DNA from: Okamejei kenojei
Taxonomy: Eukaryota
Assembly: GCA_035221665.1 (NCBI GenBank)
Contig: CM069171.1
Location: 10,478,001 to 10,542,000 of the forward strand
Reading direction: 5' to 3'
DNA: 64,000 nucleotides
Positions 61,184-64,000 of the stretch are shown here, piece by piece (position 1 is the stretch's first letter; each line of letters starts with the position of its first letter). The translations under genes were made by a program, and so were the position numbers. Under the pieces are notes generated by a model. That model saw nothing but the letters and a program-made list of their open reading frames with translations, was not told where the DNA came from and made no database searches.

Positions 61184-61683
61184 NNNNNNNNNNNNNNNNN
61201 NNNNNNNNNNNNNNNNNNNNNNNNNNNNNNNNNNNNNNNNNNNNNNNNNNNNNNNNNNNNNNNNNNNNNNNNNNNNNNNNNNNNNNNNNNNNNNNNNNNN
61301 NNNNNNNNNNNNNNNNNNNNNNNNNNNNNNNNNNNNNNNNNNNNNNNNNNNNNNNNNNNNNNNNNNNNNNNNNNNNNNNNNNNNNNNNNNNNNNNNNNNN
61401 NNNNNNNNNNNNNNNNNNNNNNNNNNNNNNNNNNNNNNNNNNNNNNNNNNNNNNNNNNNNNNNNNNNNNNNNNNNNNNNNNNNNNNNNNNNNNNNNNNNN
61501 NNNNNNNNNNNNNNNNNNNNNNNNNNNNNNNNNNNNNNNNNNNNNNNNNNNNNNNNNNNNNNNNNNNNNNNNNNNNNNNNNNNNNNNNNNNNNNNNNNNN
61601 NNNNNNNNNNNNNNNNNNNNNNNNNNNNNNNNNNNNNNNNNNNNNNNNNNNNNNNNNNNNNNNNNNNNNNNNNNNNNNNNNNN
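61184..61683. other. Assembly gap (500 N)
   Basis: N run. Confidence 1.
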
Positions 61684-62979
61684 TTGATGGGCCGAATGGC
61701 CTAATTTCTACTCCTATTCCTCATCTTTTCTGACCTGAAGTCTTTTTTTCCGTTGCTTATGTTTTTTCTGTTTACTCAGCAGTCTTTAGCCTTTAAGGAA
61801 CGCACGGAAACAAGTCAGGCCCCTTTGACCTCATAGCCTGTGCCAAACCAGCGATCACCGTCCGTGCATTATCCTACGCGCTAGGGACCAATTACAATTT
61901 TACGACACCAATTTATCCTACAGACAAAGAGCTGAGAACCAGCGGCCGAGGCAGCATCTATGGAGCGAAGGAAATAGGCGACGTATCGGCCCGAAAACCC
62001 TCTTCAGTTTTACGCAGTTTCTGCAGTATTCCTTCTCGAACATTAATTTAATCTACATCTTTACATCTTTTGATTGGGGGGGTGGAGGAACCGAGCACCT
62101 GGATAAAATTACGCGGTCACGGGAGAACCTGCAAACTCCACACAGACAGCGCCCTTTCGAACCAGAATCTCTGGTACTCGACCTTGCGCCACCACACCGC
62201 CCTGTCACTGGAGAACACTGTTAGTGGACATTTCGGAAAAAGTCAGACACTCGCCTTATCCATGTTCTCCTAGCTTATGCCAGACCCACTGAGCCACTCC
62301 CGCAACTTTGTGTCTTTTTGTTAAACACCCACATCTCAGGTCCTCGTTTCAGTATATTCTGGTGCATTTAACCCCTCTGAATCTTGATATAATTCTGGCA
62401 ATTACTCAAAACACCCGATCACCTAAATGCTTGGCTGCCAGACTTTATAGAATGTAACTCTATTCCCATTCCACTTGAGATAATAGAAAAATATATCAAC
62501 CAGCTGGTCCACTGTTCTGTTTCCACTGTGCTGCAGAATTTTAACGAACAACTCTTAGTCTTTGTAAAATGTGCAGAGGGCCTCGCACTCCTGGGTCCGG
62601 GTTCGATCCTGACCGCGGGTGCTTCCAGTACAGAGTTTGTAACCTTCTATCTCGTTTCCCCCTTGAAGAGGAAAGATGATTGAAGAGGATGGAAGATGAA
62701 GAGAAGTTAAAGAACGTGACTTCAGGCTGCGACATGTTGCGGCGCGGCACCACTCTTCAGCAGACCTGTTCGTGGTATTTCTCCGGGGCCTCCGGTTACC
62801 CCCCCCCCACACTCCAAATACGAGCAGGTTTGGCAGGTTAACTGGCTTGTATACACAGTACATTGCCCCTAGTAGTTGTAGGATGATTGCAAGTGGTGGA
62901 GGGGGTCACTGGTCGTGCAGACCTTGACGGCCAGAATGGCCTGTTTCCATGCTCAAAAAAAACCCTCACTTTTTCACTA

Positions 62980-63545
62980 AGGGAACAGCAAGATACTGGA
63001 AAATTGAAAGGTAGAAACAAAAAACGCTGAGAAACCTCAACGGGTGAGGCAGCATCTATGAGCGAAGGAAATAGGGCTAACGATTCGCACCTATTCCTTC
63101 GCTCCATAGATGCTGCCTCACCTGCTGAGTTTCCAGCATTTTTGTCCACCTAAAAATAAACACTAGCTATTTCTCCTTCTCTCGGCGTACCAAGGCCCCA
63201 TCCCCACCTCTACCTCCGTTACATCGACGACGCTATGGTGTCACCTCCAGCACCCACACACACTGACTGACTTCATCATTTTCACCACCAACTTCCATCC
63301 GGCACTCAAATACACCGGACCCATTCCTGACATTTCCCTACCAATATCATTGACCTCACCATCCATCTAATTGGCAGGTGATACGCTCACTGAACCGACA
63401 TCCACATACCAAACCTACTGATCTCCCACATCTAGCCTGGACTACGCTTTCCCTCCCACCCTGCTTATCCTGTAAGGACTCTTCCATCCCCTATTCCCAA
63501 TTCCTTCCTCATTCCTCCGTCTACTGCCCATCTGCTCCCAGGATA
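62980..63545 (+). mobile_element. Penelope-like element: inverted 3' ends plus RT fragment
   Basis: Hairpin ~63015-63148; ctctacctccgttacatcgacgac (LYLRYIDD), FTTNFHPALKYT, KPTD-like motif. Confidence 0.75.
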
Positions 63546-64000
63546 GAAACATAGAAACATAGAATCATAGAAATAAGGTGCAGGAGTTAGGCCATTCCAA
63601 GCCCTTCGAGCCTGCACCGCCATTCAATATGGATCATGGCTGATCAATCCAACTCAGTATCCCGACCTGCCTTCTCTCCATACCCTCTGATCCCCCTAGC
63701 CACAAGGGCCAACAAACCAACTCACTCTTAAATAAGCCAATGAACTGGCCTCAACACCCTCTGTGGCAGAGAGTTCCAGAGACTCACCACTCTCTGTGGG
63801 AAAAAAGTCTTTTCTCAATTCGGTCTAAAGGATGTCCCCCCCTTAACCTTAAGCTTGACCCCTTTCCTGACTTCCCCAACATCGGGAACAATCTTCTGCA
63901 TCTACCTGTCCAACCCCCCTTATGAATTTTGTAAGTTTCTATAAATCCCCTCTCAATCTCCTATATCCAGAGAGTATAAACCGAGTCTATCGCAGTCTTC
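63545..64000 (-). mobile_element. CR1 3' end
   Basis: (atagaaac)n tail and 3' UTR as at ~8778. Confidence 0.85.

Noticed and set aside
58577-61704. Very long ORFs (418-844 aa) on both strands
   Set aside because: A stop-poor GC VNTR opens many frames; some run through the barcode and N gap.

Overview
Repeat-dominated eukaryotic scaffold, most likely from a cartilaginous fish (skate/ray). This is inferred from HE1/V-SINE-like SINEs plus CR1, Penelope, Rex/Babar, RTE and L1 fragments. It has four assembly gaps, and two contig ends retain what I recognise as a PacBio barcode; flanks ~1-13 kb and ~52-64 kb look error-rich. Main content: (1) a full-length DIRS1-type tyrosine-recombinase retrotransposon (26531-31470, minus) with ITRs, ICR and gag-RT-RH-MT plus YR, whose frameshifts are all 1-nt base-run indels, inserted in a CR1 fragment; (2) a spliced plus-strand gene missed by the ORF track (CpG promoter ~17.0-17.15 kb, coding exons 21581-21712 and 23432-23557) encoding an 85-aa protein I cannot name; (3) candidate exons of an unidentified minus-strand gene (57.5 kb, 55.9 kb, a 26-nt exon at 32.95 kb, terminal exon at 26.1 kb) whose last intron holds the DIRS; (4) a 17-kb mosaic of shuffled modules (33.5-50.5 kb) with two large palindromes and a ~2.95-kb tandem duplication, preceded by an E2F/CCAAT/TATA-like promoter; (5) Penelope-type hammerhead motifs and several satellites/VNTRs. 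Most ORF-track entries are spurious. Coordinates of degenerate repeats are approximate.
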